DNA from: Planctomycetota bacterium
Lineage (GTDB): Bacteria > Planctomycetota > UBA11346
NCBI GenBank assembly: GCA_038231435.1
Contig: JBBRLJ010000048.1
Location: forward strand, 1-38,480
DNA: 38,480 nucleotides
Direction: 5' to 3'
Shown here: one piece after another, positions 28,150 to 36,748 of the stretch
Position numbering within the stretch: position 1 is the first letter of the stretch
How the letters are laid out: every line of letters begins with the position of its first letter
Translations under genes and position numbers: made by a program
The notes under the pieces: model-generated
Databases searched by the model: none
What the model was told of the DNA's origin: nothing
What the model saw: the letters and a program-made list of their open reading frames with translations, nothing else

Positions 28150-28848
28150 TCAGGCGAGGTCGAAGAGCAGGACTTCCGCGTCGGACGTTGAACGCAGCCG
28201 TACCTGCGCCTGATCGCTGACTGCTGCTCCGTCGCCCGCGCTCAGGATGATGCCGTCAACATCGAGGTCGCCGCGCGCCACCTGGATCCAGGCATGGCGC
28301 CCGGGGGTGAGCGCGTGGGTGACGGCGCCGCCCTGGGGCAGGAGCGCCGCGCGTAGGTCGACGTCCTGATGGATCGGCAGCGATCCATCGCGGCCATCGC
28401 GGCTGGCGAGCAAGCGTAGGGTGTTGGTGCGCTCCTGTTCGCTGAAGTGCTTCTCGAGGTAGCTGGGCTCGACGCCGGTGCGGTCCGGTTCGATCCAGAT
28501 CTGCAGGAGGTGCACCGGTCTGGTCTTCGAATGGTTGAACTCGCTGTGCATGACCCCGGTGCCCGCGCTCATGCGCTGCACGTCTCCTGGGCGCAGCACC
28601 GAACCGGTGCCCATGCTGTCGCGATGCTCGAGTTCGCCCTCGAGCACGTAGGTGATGATCTCCATGTCCTCGTGCCCGTGGGTGCCGAAGCCCTTGGCCG
28701 GCGCGATGCGGTCGTCGTTGATGACGCGTAGGGATCTGAAGCCCATGTGCCGTGGATCGTAGTAGCTCGAGAACGAGAAGCTGTGCCAGGAGTCGAGCCA
28801 GCCGAGGTTGGCGTGGCCGCGATCGTTGGCCTTGCGGTGGATGATCAT
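28150..28848 (-). CDS. Pirin-family protein (YhhW-like)
   Basis: RGHANLGWLDSWHSFSF, LRVINDD, GFGTHGHEDMEIITYV, MSAGTGVMHSEFN, LQIWI. Confidence 0.95.
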   Translation of the reverse strand: MIIHRKANDRGHANLGWLDSWHSFSFSSYYDPRHMGFRSLRVINDDRIAPAKGFGTHGHEDMEIITYVLEGELEHRDSMGTGSVLRPGDVQRMSAGTGVMHSEFNHSKTRPVHLLQIWIEPDRTGVEPSYLEKHFSEQERTNTLRLLASRDGRDGSLPIHQDVDLRAALLPQGGAVTHALTPGRHAWIQVARGDLDVDGIILSAGDGAAVSDQAQVRLRSTSDAEVLLFDLA

Positions 28849-29215
28849 GAGAGGCTCCGTATGTCTCTGGGAGTAGCAGCCCGTGAGCGCCGCTATATGA
28901 TGTCATCACAATATCTGTTATAACGAATAAATCAAGACCCAGCCTGCCCGACATCCGCAACGGCCACAGGAGCACAGGGTTGTCCGCCATCTGCATCCTC
29001 GCCTGGCGGGCACCACGCTTGCCGATTCCTTCACACACATCTCAGACATCCAGACATCGCCGTGGCTGGCATCGGGTCCGCAGACGCGCAGCCACGAACA
29101 TCGATGCTGCTCAGCCTGCCAGCTAGCGGGCTTTCCACGGACGATGGATGCCAACGGATGACGAAGGATCTTGCCAGGCTCCGGCTCGACAGACCATCAC
29201 CGCCCTGGAGCCCCC

Positions 29216-29728
29216 ATGATCCGCGCCACCATCTCGACGCTCATCATCCTGTTCGCGACTCTGGTGCCGGACCTGGCGCGCGCGGAATCCGTCACCCTCG
29301 CTGGCCGCGCCTTCGAGATCTCGTGCAAGGCGCCGGACGGCAAGGAGGAGAAGGATACCCTGGTGTTCACCGCGACCGACGCGGACGCGACGGCCTGCCA
29401 CGCCTACGGCTTCGGCAATGGCGCGGTGAGCTATGCTCCGAACGCCGCAACCATCACGGACGCCAAGAACGACAAGGCTACCAAAGACAACGTCACCCAG
29501 ACGGGCAATGGCGTCGTCTTCTCGTTCACGACCACCAGCGCCAAAGAAGGCACCATCGTCTGGAAAGGCGCGGTCATCGGCGCGGCCGTGAGCGGCACCA
29601 TGAGTTGGACCAAGGCCGGCAAGACCACCGCCTATACCTTCACTGGCACCGAGTCAGAGAAGAAGGAGAGACAAGCGGACAAGACAGGCGATGCCACGGA
29701 AAAGTCCGGACGGAAGAGCGACAAATGA
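29216..29728 (+). CDS. Hypothetical secreted protein
   Basis: Signal peptide ending ARA-E, a beta-rich T/K/G body with two Cys, and RBS GGAG. Confidence 0.75.
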   Translation: MIRATISTLIILFATLVPDLARAESVTLAGRAFEISCKAPDGKEEKDTLVFTATDADATACHAYGFGNGAVSYAPNAATITDAKNDKATKDNVTQTGNGVVFSFTTTSAKEGTIVWKGAVIGAAVSGTMSWTKAGKTTAYTFTGTESEKKERQADKTGDATEKSGRKSDK

Positions 29729-29765
29729 ACGTCGGCATCCTCGGATCGTTCCCGGCCGCGGGCGG

Positions 29766-30902
29766 TCATTTCGGCAGATAGACGTCCAGGTACGCGTTCA
29801 TCTCGGCGAGTTGTTCGGGCGTCAGTTCGCCCTTCTCCTCGCGGATGCCGCTCGATTCGGCCCATGCGCAGATCGTCCCCTGCACCTGGACCACGGCGTG
29901 CCACGCCTTCGGCTCGATCACGTACCAGGTCTGGGGCAGCATCGGCAGGGCCACGATGTGGTGCGGATGGTCCAGCGTACCTGCGAGGCAGAGGATGGCG
30001 GCGCCCTGCAGCAGGGTTCCCGCCTGGCGTCCGCCGTGATTACGCGTGAGCGTGCGGGTGCTGCCGGGCATGCGGTCGGGATCCGGATTGGTGAGTCCGA
30101 GCTGCCAGGCGCCATCGGTGCCGCTGGCGACGTTCACATAACCAGGCTGCCGGCTGCGGCCGACGATCAACTGATCCGACACCACCTTCTCGAGCAGGAA
30201 GGGCTGGCGCTGGACCGCGTACGCGGTGATGCGCGCGACCACCTCGCTCAGATGCAGGTTGTCGGTGAGCAGGTAGACGGCGTCGTCGGAGATGGTGAGG
30301 GGGCCCACCTCGCGTTTCATGTCCTTGTTGTCGCGCTCACGGATGTCGCGCACCGCCTCGTCGAGCGTGGGCTTGGGATGCCCAGCCGGCCATTCTGCCA
30401 GGCGCCGTCGCGCGCGCTCCTCGGCGCTGGCGTCGAGGAACAGCTTCAGCTGCGCATCGGGGCAGATGACGGTGGTGGCGTCGCGGCCCTCGACCACCAC
30501 GTCGCGTCCCGCGACCAGCTCCTTCTGCAGGCGCACCAGGTGCTCGCGGCAGCGCGCGTTGTTGGCTACGCGCCAGATCTCGGCGGTGGTCTCGGGCGAA
30601 CGGATGCGTTCCTTGGCCAGCGTCTTGCCGTCCACCACCACCATGCCGTGCTCATCGAAATCGATGTGGCGCGCGCTCACGTAGCGCGCGACCTCGACGG
30701 CATCGTCGCGGTCGATGCCGGAATCGAGGACCCCCACGGTGGCAGCGCGGTACATCGCGCCGGTGTCGAGGTAGAGGATGCGCAGCCGGCGCGCCACCAG
30801 CCGCGTCACCGTGCTCTTTCCTGCGCCGGCGGGACCATCGATGGCGATGACCATCGGCTTGGCCAGCGCGGGACCGCCAGGACGGGGCAGCGGGGTGGGC
30901 AT
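29766..30902 (-). CDS. cmk: Cytidylate kinase with a C-terminal extension of about 145 aa (cupin-like)
   Basis: IAIDGPAGAGKSTV, LDTGAMYRA, VVEGRD, KLFLDAS.EERARRR and RD..D..R. The extra domain follows residue ~232. Confidence 0.92.
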   Translation of the reverse strand: MPTPLPRPGGPALAKPMVIAIDGPAGAGKSTVTRLVARRLRILYLDTGAMYRAATVGVLDSGIDRDDAVEVARYVSARHIDFDEHGMVVVDGKTLAKERIRSPETTAEIWRVANNARCREHLVRLQKELVAGRDVVVEGRDATTVICPDAQLKLFLDASAEERARRRLAEWPAGHPKPTLDEAVRDIRERDNKDMKREVGPLTISDDAVYLLTDNLHLSEVVARITAYAVQRQPFLLEKVVSDQLIVGRSRQPGYVNVASGTDGAWQLGLTNPDPDRMPGSTRTLTRNHGGRQAGTLLQGAAILCLAGTLDHPHHIVALPMLPQTWYVIEPKAWHAVVQVQGTICAWAESSGIREEKGELTPEQLAEMNAYLDVYLPK

Positions 30903-31059
30903 GCGGGATTGTGACGAGTCCCTAGGGGGGAATCAATGCGGGCGGGGGGAAGGGAGACACACGAGGCGAGAGGCCTGAGGCTGGAAGGTGAGGATCGAAA
31001 AAGGGAACGCCTCTGGAGACATGATGCGAGCGCGAGCGATTGTCCCTCGCCTCGAGAGC

Positions 31060-32265
31060 CTATTTCCCTTCCGCCACCCTGCCCATCGCGAACAACGACA
31101 CGTCGTCGGCCATCGCTCGCCCCTGGCGCCAGGTCTGCAGCGCCGTGACCACCAGGTCGAGCGCCACGGGCAATGGCTTGGCGACGCCATGCAGCAGGGC
31201 TTCGCCGATGCGCTGCGCGCCGAAGGTCTGGCCACTGGCGTCGGCCGCCTCGGTGGCGCCGTCGCTGTAGAGCAGCAGCCGGTCACCAGGACCGAGATCG
31301 ATCGACAGCTCGGTGAAATCGGCCTCGCCGCCGGCGAAGAAGCCGATGGGGTGGCCCGACACCTGCGGCGCCTGCAACGTGCCGTCGACGCGTACCACCA
31401 TCGGGCCGGGATGCCCGGCGCTGGCGATCACCGCGCGATGGTCGCGCAGGTCGTAGATGCCGTAGGCCATGGTGAAGAACTGCATGGTCTGCGGCTGCGA
31501 CGGGAACAGCGCGTTGAGATCCGCGAGCACCTCGCGCGGCGAGGCCAGGCGGTAGCCGGCGGCATCGTTGGCGGCCTTCTTGAGCAGCGAGGCCGTACCC
31601 AGCAGCGGGTGCAGAAACCGGCACACCTGCACCGCGAGCAGCGCCGAGGCCACGCCGTGGCCGCTGACGTCGAGCACGTAGAAGCACAAGTGGCGCTCGT
31701 CGAGCCGGAACACGTTGAGCGTGTCGCCGCCAACCTCGTCGCACGACTTCAGGTACCAGGCGAATTCCATCCCGGGCGCGTGCGGGACGCTTGAGGGCAG
31801 CAGCGCGCGCTGGGCCTGCTCGGCGGCCTGGAGATCGCGGCGCAAGCGCCGGCTCACCGAATCGATCTCACGGAACTGGCGATCGAGGGTCTCCTGCATG
31901 GCCACGATGCGGGTGGCCACCACCAGGCGCGCCATCAGGTCGATGCCGGTGATCGGCTTGGCGAGGAAATCGTCGGCGCCGGCGGCCATGCCGGCCTCGA
32001 CATCCTCGCGCGCGCTACGCGCCGAGATGAGGATGACGTAGGTGTACGAGGTCGCCGGATTCGCGCGGATGTGCCTGACCAGCTCGATACCGTCCATGCC
32101 CGGCATCATCCAGTCGCTGATCACCAGCCGGCAGTCGCCGTTGCGGTACAGTTCCCACGCCTCGGCGCCGTCCTCGGCGCACAGCGCGCGGTGCCCCTCG
32201 CGCTCCACCATCGACTTGAGCATGGAGAGCGAGGTCGCGTCGTCGTCGGCGATCAGGATGTTCAC
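31060..32265 (-). CDS. Response-regulator/PP2C phosphatase (RsbU/SpoIIE-like)
   Basis: REC domain (ILIADDD, SDWMMPGMDG, FLAKP) plus PP2C domain (VGGD, DVSGHG, SAGHP, LYSDG, DDVS). GTG start. Confidence 0.93.
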   Translation of the reverse strand: MNILIADDDATSLSMLKSMVEREGHRALCAEDGAEAWELYRNGDCRLVISDWMMPGMDGIELVRHIRANPATSYTYVILISARSAREDVEAGMAAGADDFLAKPITGIDLMARLVVATRIVAMQETLDRQFREIDSVSRRLRRDLQAAEQAQRALLPSSVPHAPGMEFAWYLKSCDEVGGDTLNVFRLDERHLCFYVLDVSGHGVASALLAVQVCRFLHPLLGTASLLKKAANDAAGYRLASPREVLADLNALFPSQPQTMQFFTMAYGIYDLRDHRAVIASAGHPGPMVVRVDGTLQAPQVSGHPIGFFAGGEADFTELSIDLGPGDRLLLYSDGATEAADASGQTFGAQRIGEALLHGVAKPLPVALDLVVTALQTWRQGRAMADDVSLFAMGRVAEGK

Positions 32266-32296
32266 GAGGTGGACTCGCTGGACCCCGGGAGGCCCA

Positions 32297-32782
32297 TCAG
32301 GTCAGGGTCTCGGCGAGGATCTTGGTGCGCTGGTCGTCGCGGTACTTGAGGATCTTCGCGCGCAATGCCGGCTCGGTGAGCGCGAGGATGGAGATCGCCA
32401 GCAGCGCGGCGTTGGTCGCGCCTGGCTTGCCGATGGCGAGCGTCCCGACCGGGATGCCGGGCGGCATCTGCACGGTTGCGAGCAGCGCATCCATGCCCTT
32501 CAACGCCCAGCCTTCCATCGGTACGCCGAGCACTGGCAGGGTGGTGTGCGCCGCGCACACGCCCGCAAGATGCGCCGCGCCGCCGGCGGCGGCGATGATC
32601 ACCTTGGTGCCGCGGCCCTCGGCGGCTTCGATGTACGCGCAGGCCTCCTTCGGAGTGCGGTGCGCCGACAGCACCCTGGCTTCATGGGCGATGTCGAACG
32701 ACTTCAAGGTGTCCGCGGTGGTCTTCATGACCTCCCAATCGGATTTGCTGCCCATGAGGATGGCGACGAGCGGGGACGGCAT
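32297..32782 (-). CDS. purE: N5-carboxyaminoimidazole ribonucleotide mutase
   Basis: ILMGSKSD, SAHRTP, AGGAAHLAG, VQMPPGIPVGT. RBS GGAG. Confidence 0.97.
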   Translation of the reverse strand: MPSPLVAILMGSKSDWEVMKTTADTLKSFDIAHEARVLSAHRTPKEACAYIEAAEGRGTKVIIAAAGGAAHLAGVCAAHTTLPVLGVPMEGWALKGMDALLATVQMPPGIPVGTLAIGKPGATNAALLAISILALTEPALRAKILKYRDDQRTKILAETLT

Positions 32783-32886
32783 GATGGTTCTCCGTGAATG
32801 GTGTCGCGGCATGGTAGCGGCGGCAGCCAATCCATGAATCGCGAAAGTACGCCTGGTTGCCCGGGGCCCGGGCGGCCCCGAGGGGG

Positions 32887-34050
32887 TCAGGGGCCGGGCG
32901 GTGGGACCGCGAGCCTGGTCCGGCGCAAGGCGACGTTCCCCAGCTGGCCGCAGGCGGCCATGATGCCCCTGCCCTTGGTACGGCGGCGGTGGACAGGCAG
33001 GCCGTCATCGCGCAGCCAATCGATGAAGCGGTCGATCCCATCCTCGCTGGGTGCGCTGGCGATCGGCGCGCTGCCCGGATTGTAGGGGATCAGGTTCACC
33101 AGCACGCGGCCCAGCGGCCGGCAGAAGTCGGCGATCCCGGTGGCGTCCTCGCGCCGATCGTTGACCCCGGGAATCAGGCAGTAATTGATCCCGAGGGTGA
33201 AGTTCCGGCGCTGCGGATACGCCGCCAGGATGCGCTGCAGCTCGGCGAGCGGGGTCTTGCGATTGACCGGCATGATGCGCGAGCGGTCGCGATCGTTGGC
33301 CGCGTTCAGGCTGATGGACAGGTTCAGACGTTTCCAGCCTAGCCCGGCGAGGCGCGCGATGCCCTCGGCGTGTCCGCTGGTGCACACGGTGATGCGCTCG
33401 TGGCTGTAGCCGAGGCCGCGCCGATCGGTGAGCACCGCGAGCGCCTGCAGCAGGTGGTCGGCGTTGTCGAGCGCCTCGCCCATGCCCATGAACACCAGGT
33501 TGCGCGTCAACCATCCGAGGCGTGCGCGCACCGTCACCACCTGGGCGACGATCTCGGCGGCCGTGAGGTCGCGGAGCAGGCCCATGCGCCCGGTCTCGCA
33601 GAAGGTGCAGCCCATGCGGCAGCCGACCTGCGAGGACAGACACAGCGTCCAGGCGTCGTCGCCAGCATCCTTGGACTGGCGCATCGGGATGCGCACGCAC
33701 TCGATCTCGAAGCCATCGGCGGTGCGCAGCACCGCCTTGGCGGTCGCGGCGGCCTGGCCGGGTTCCTCGTCCACCCGCGCTACCTCGAGCAGCGACACGC
33801 CGAAGCGCTCGCGCCACGCGGCCGCCGAAGCCGCCGACACGCCGAACCCTTCCGGATCGAACACGCCTTCGCGCATGGCGCGGGCGTACATGCGGCTGGC
33901 GATGCCATGGCCCGTCGGCAACGCCAGACGCGCCGCCTGGGCCAGCGCGTCGCTGGTCAGCCCGAGGATGTCGACCGTCGCGCTCCGTGATCCCGCGTCG
34001 GATGCCGTGGGTGCGCCGGGAGTGCCGATGCCGTTAACGCCGCCGCTCAT
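32887..34050 (-). CDS. rlmN: RlmN/Cfr-family radical-SAM RNA methyltransferase
   Basis: CLSSQVGCRMGCTFCETG (CxxxCxxC), FMGMGE, NLIPYN and IMAACGQL. The start ATG at 34050 overlaps the upstream stop. Confidence 0.88.
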   Translation of the reverse strand: MSGGVNGIGTPGAPTASDAGSRSATVDILGLTSDALAQAARLALPTGHGIASRMYARAMREGVFDPEGFGVSAASAAAWRERFGVSLLEVARVDEEPGQAAATAKAVLRTADGFEIECVRIPMRQSKDAGDDAWTLCLSSQVGCRMGCTFCETGRMGLLRDLTAAEIVAQVVTVRARLGWLTRNLVFMGMGEALDNADHLLQALAVLTDRRGLGYSHERITVCTSGHAEGIARLAGLGWKRLNLSISLNAANDRDRSRIMPVNRKTPLAELQRILAAYPQRRNFTLGINYCLIPGVNDRREDATGIADFCRPLGRVLVNLIPYNPGSAPIASAPSEDGIDRFIDWLRDDGLPVHRRRTKGRGIMAACGQLGNVALRRTRLAVPPPGP

Positions 34051-35753
34051 GGCGTCGATGCTCTGAGGGCGGTCTGGGAGGGAAGCCGCAGGTCGAAGGT
34101 GGTTCCCGCCATCGACGAGCGCAGGGACAGGGCGCCGCCGAGCGCGCGGGTGTTGGCGAGCGCGAGCGCCAGGCCCAGCCCCATGCCGGGCTCGGCGGGC
34201 ATGACCTCGCCGGAGGCGCACGCGGCATGGACGCGTGTCGCCAGCGGTTCCGGGATGCCGAGGCCGTTGTCCTCGACCTGCCACGACGAACCGCGTTCGT
34301 CGATCATCGCGCGCAGCACGACGCGCGCGGTACCCGGTCCGCGTCCGGCCGCGGCCGCGGCGCGCAGGCCATTCGCCGCGAGGTTGACCAGGACCGGCGA
34401 TAGCAGGCGCGCATCCACGCCGAGAGTGGCGTCGGGAGCTTCGACGATGATGGCCACGCCGAGGCGGTCCGCCTGCGGCCGCAGGATGGCCGAGAGATCG
34501 GTGAGGTAGCCCCGCGCCGCGATGCGCGGCTGCGGGCCCTGGCGCTCGAGGTGGTCGGCGGCCAGGCCGAGCACCTCCTGGAAGCGCTCCTCGAGGCGCA
34601 GCGCGCCGTCGCGGGCCTCGGCGAGCCGTTCCGGATCCAGGCGCCCGCCTTGCGAATGCATGAGCTGGATGGTGCCAGTCAGCGCGCGGATCGGCTGGGC
34701 GAACTCGTGCGCGAGCTGGGCGAGGAAGCGCTGATGGACGGCGTTGACCGTGGTCTCGCGCTCGAGGCCCTGCGCGAGGGCCTGGCGCGAACCCTGCTCC
34801 GCCGCGAGCAGCGCCTGCAGCGAATCGCGCAGCACCGCAGCCTCCTCGGGCGCGTCGATGCGCGGTAGCGGCGTGGGCGCGCCGCGCGCGCGCGCGCGGC
34901 ACGCATCGACCAGCGCACGCAGTGGCCGCATCCACGCCCACGCGAGGACGCCGCCAAGGAGCGCCGCCACCGCGGCAGTGGCCAGCCCAGCCGCCACGAT
35001 CGCCGCCTGCGCGCGCGCCCAGTAGCTGCGGGGATGGATGCGGTCGCTGCTGAGCGTGAACGCGACGGGCCCTCCGCTGGTAGCGAGTGTTCGCGTCGCC
35101 GAGACCGGGGCCGCGCCCTCACCGCTGGACGGGCTCGCCGACGCGGTCCCCTCGGCTCTCGGGGATCCGACGGTCGCGGGCGTGGACGAGATGCGCAGCT
35201 CCCAACCCGGCACGGTCAGGCGGTTCGCCACCATCGAGGACATGAAGGCGAGCCCGAGCACGCGGTCGCCGTGCGCGGAGACCGCGCTGGCCGCGAGCGC
35301 CGGCTGGCCGCCGATCGAGGTCAGGCAGCGCCCTGGAGCGCTGGCGAGCAGCGCGGCGGCCTGCTCCTTGCCGGGATCCCGCTCGACGACTTGGCGCAGC
35401 GATTCACCGCCCGCCGCGTAGCCGATCTCGATCGCCGTCGCGCCACGCGCCACCGCGACCAGTTGGATGAGCTCACCGTCCGCGGGCGCCAGCAGGCGCG
35501 CGCGCGCCGCGTCCCATCCCACGTCGAGCTCGACCTCGAGCAGCTTGGAGCGCGATTCCGTCTCCGCCGCGACTGTCGCCAACTCGGCTTCCAGGCGCGC
35601 GTCGAAGGCGGTGAGCGCCTCAATGGCCTGCTGCTCCTCGAGCGCCTGCTCGCCGCGGGTCAGGGCGCGGCTCGCCGCGAGCGCGCACAGCGCGGTGCAC
35701 AGCACCGCGACCAGCACGCACAGCGCGACCATGCGCGCGCGCAGGCTGCTCAT
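34047..35753 (-). CDS. Membrane sensor histidine kinase (periplasmic domain, HAMP-like, HisKA, HATPase)
   Basis: Two TMs; H-box AHEFAQP, N-box NLAAN, G1 EDNGLG and G2 GMGLGL. The F-box is degenerate. Confidence 0.85.
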   Translation of the reverse strand: MSSLRARMVALCVLVAVLCTALCALAASRALTRGEQALEEQQAIEALTAFDARLEAELATVAAETESRSKLLEVELDVGWDAARARLLAPADGELIQLVAVARGATAIEIGYAAGGESLRQVVERDPGKEQAAALLASAPGRCLTSIGGQPALAASAVSAHGDRVLGLAFMSSMVANRLTVPGWELRISSTPATVGSPRAEGTASASPSSGEGAAPVSATRTLATSGGPVAFTLSSDRIHPRSYWARAQAAIVAAGLATAAVAALLGGVLAWAWMRPLRALVDACRARARGAPTPLPRIDAPEEAAVLRDSLQALLAAEQGSRQALAQGLERETTVNAVHQRFLAQLAHEFAQPIRALTGTIQLMHSQGGRLDPERLAEARDGALRLEERFQEVLGLAADHLERQGPQPRIAARGYLTDLSAILRPQADRLGVAIIVEAPDATLGVDARLLSPVLVNLAANGLRAAAAAGRGPGTARVVLRAMIDERGSSWQVEDNGLGIPEPLATRVHAACASGEVMPAEPGMGLGLALALANTRALGGALSLRSSMAGTTFDLRLPSQTALRASTP

Positions 35754-36748
35754 GGGCGCTCTCCTGGCCGTTCCACCACGGCAACCGCCGGCTTCAAGCG
35801 CAGCGTGAATGTGGACCCGGCGCCGAGCGCGCTGGCGGCGGTGAGCTCCGCGCCCATGCGCTTGGCCGAGGCCTGGGCCAGGCTCAGCCCGATGCCGCGC
35901 GCCACTCCCGACTTGGTGGTGAAGAAGGGATCGAACAGCCGTCTCACGTGCTCGGCGGGGATGCCGGGACCGCTGTCGTGGACGGCGACACTCGGTTCCT
36001 CGCCAACGGTGATGCGTAGGTGGCGCCGGCCTTCACCTTGGCCCGCGACCGCCTCGGCGGCGTTGCGCAGCAGGTTCACCAGCACCAGGCGCAGGCCCGC
36101 CGGTTCGGCCTGCGCGTGCACGGCGCGCGCAGGCGGGATCCAGGCTATGCTCACGTCGCGGTAGCGCAGCCACTGGTCGCGCTCGGCGAGGACCGCTTCG
36201 ACCAGCGCCGTGAGATCGACGTCCTGCAGGCGCGCGCCGGCATCGGGCCCGGCGAGGGCGCGCAGGTGTTCGATGGTCTGGGTCATGGCGATCAGGCTCA
36301 TGCCGACCTGCGCGAGGGTGCGGTTGACGTGCTCGGCGCTCGGCTCGCGTCCGAGCTGGCGCAGGTAGTGCAGCCCCTCGATGCCTACGCGGGCCGCGCT
36401 CAGCGGCTGGCCGAGCTCGTGGCTGAGCCCCGCGGCGAGGGTGGCGAGCGCGGGGCCACGATCGTCATCCCCGTCGTCGATCCTGGAGCGTGCTGGCTCG
36501 GGGGTCGCCGCCGGCGCGACATCGCGCGCGCGCATGGTGGCGGCGAGCAGGATGATGCCGGCGCCGCCGATCGCCGCGGCGATCACCAGGCGCAGCGTCC
36601 AACTCGCCGGCTGTGCCGAGAGCGCCGCGCCCAGGCAGGCGCCGACGGGCACGGCCGCGGCGAGCAGCGCCAGCCACAGCGCCGCCGCGCGCGCGCGCGG
36701 CGGTGTCGCAGGCGGCGGGCCGGCAGGCGAGTCCGGCCCCGCGCTCAT
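35750..36748 (-). CDS. Histidine kinase (NtrB/DctB-like) with two TMs and almost no sensor domain
   Basis: SHELGQPL, NLLRNA, DSGPGI, LFDPFFTTK and GIGLS. ATG 36748 overlaps the upstream stop. Confidence 0.88.
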   Translation of the reverse strand: MSAGPDSPAGPPPATPPRARAAALWLALLAAAVPVGACLGAALSAQPASWTLRLVIAAAIGGAGIILLAATMRARDVAPAATPEPARSRIDDGDDDRGPALATLAAGLSHELGQPLSAARVGIEGLHYLRQLGREPSAEHVNRTLAQVGMSLIAMTQTIEHLRALAGPDAGARLQDVDLTALVEAVLAERDQWLRYRDVSIAWIPPARAVHAQAEPAGLRLVLVNLLRNAAEAVAGQGEGRRHLRITVGEEPSVAVHDSGPGIPAEHVRRLFDPFFTTKSGVARGIGLSLAQASAKRMGAELTAASALGAGSTFTLRLKPAVAVVERPGERP

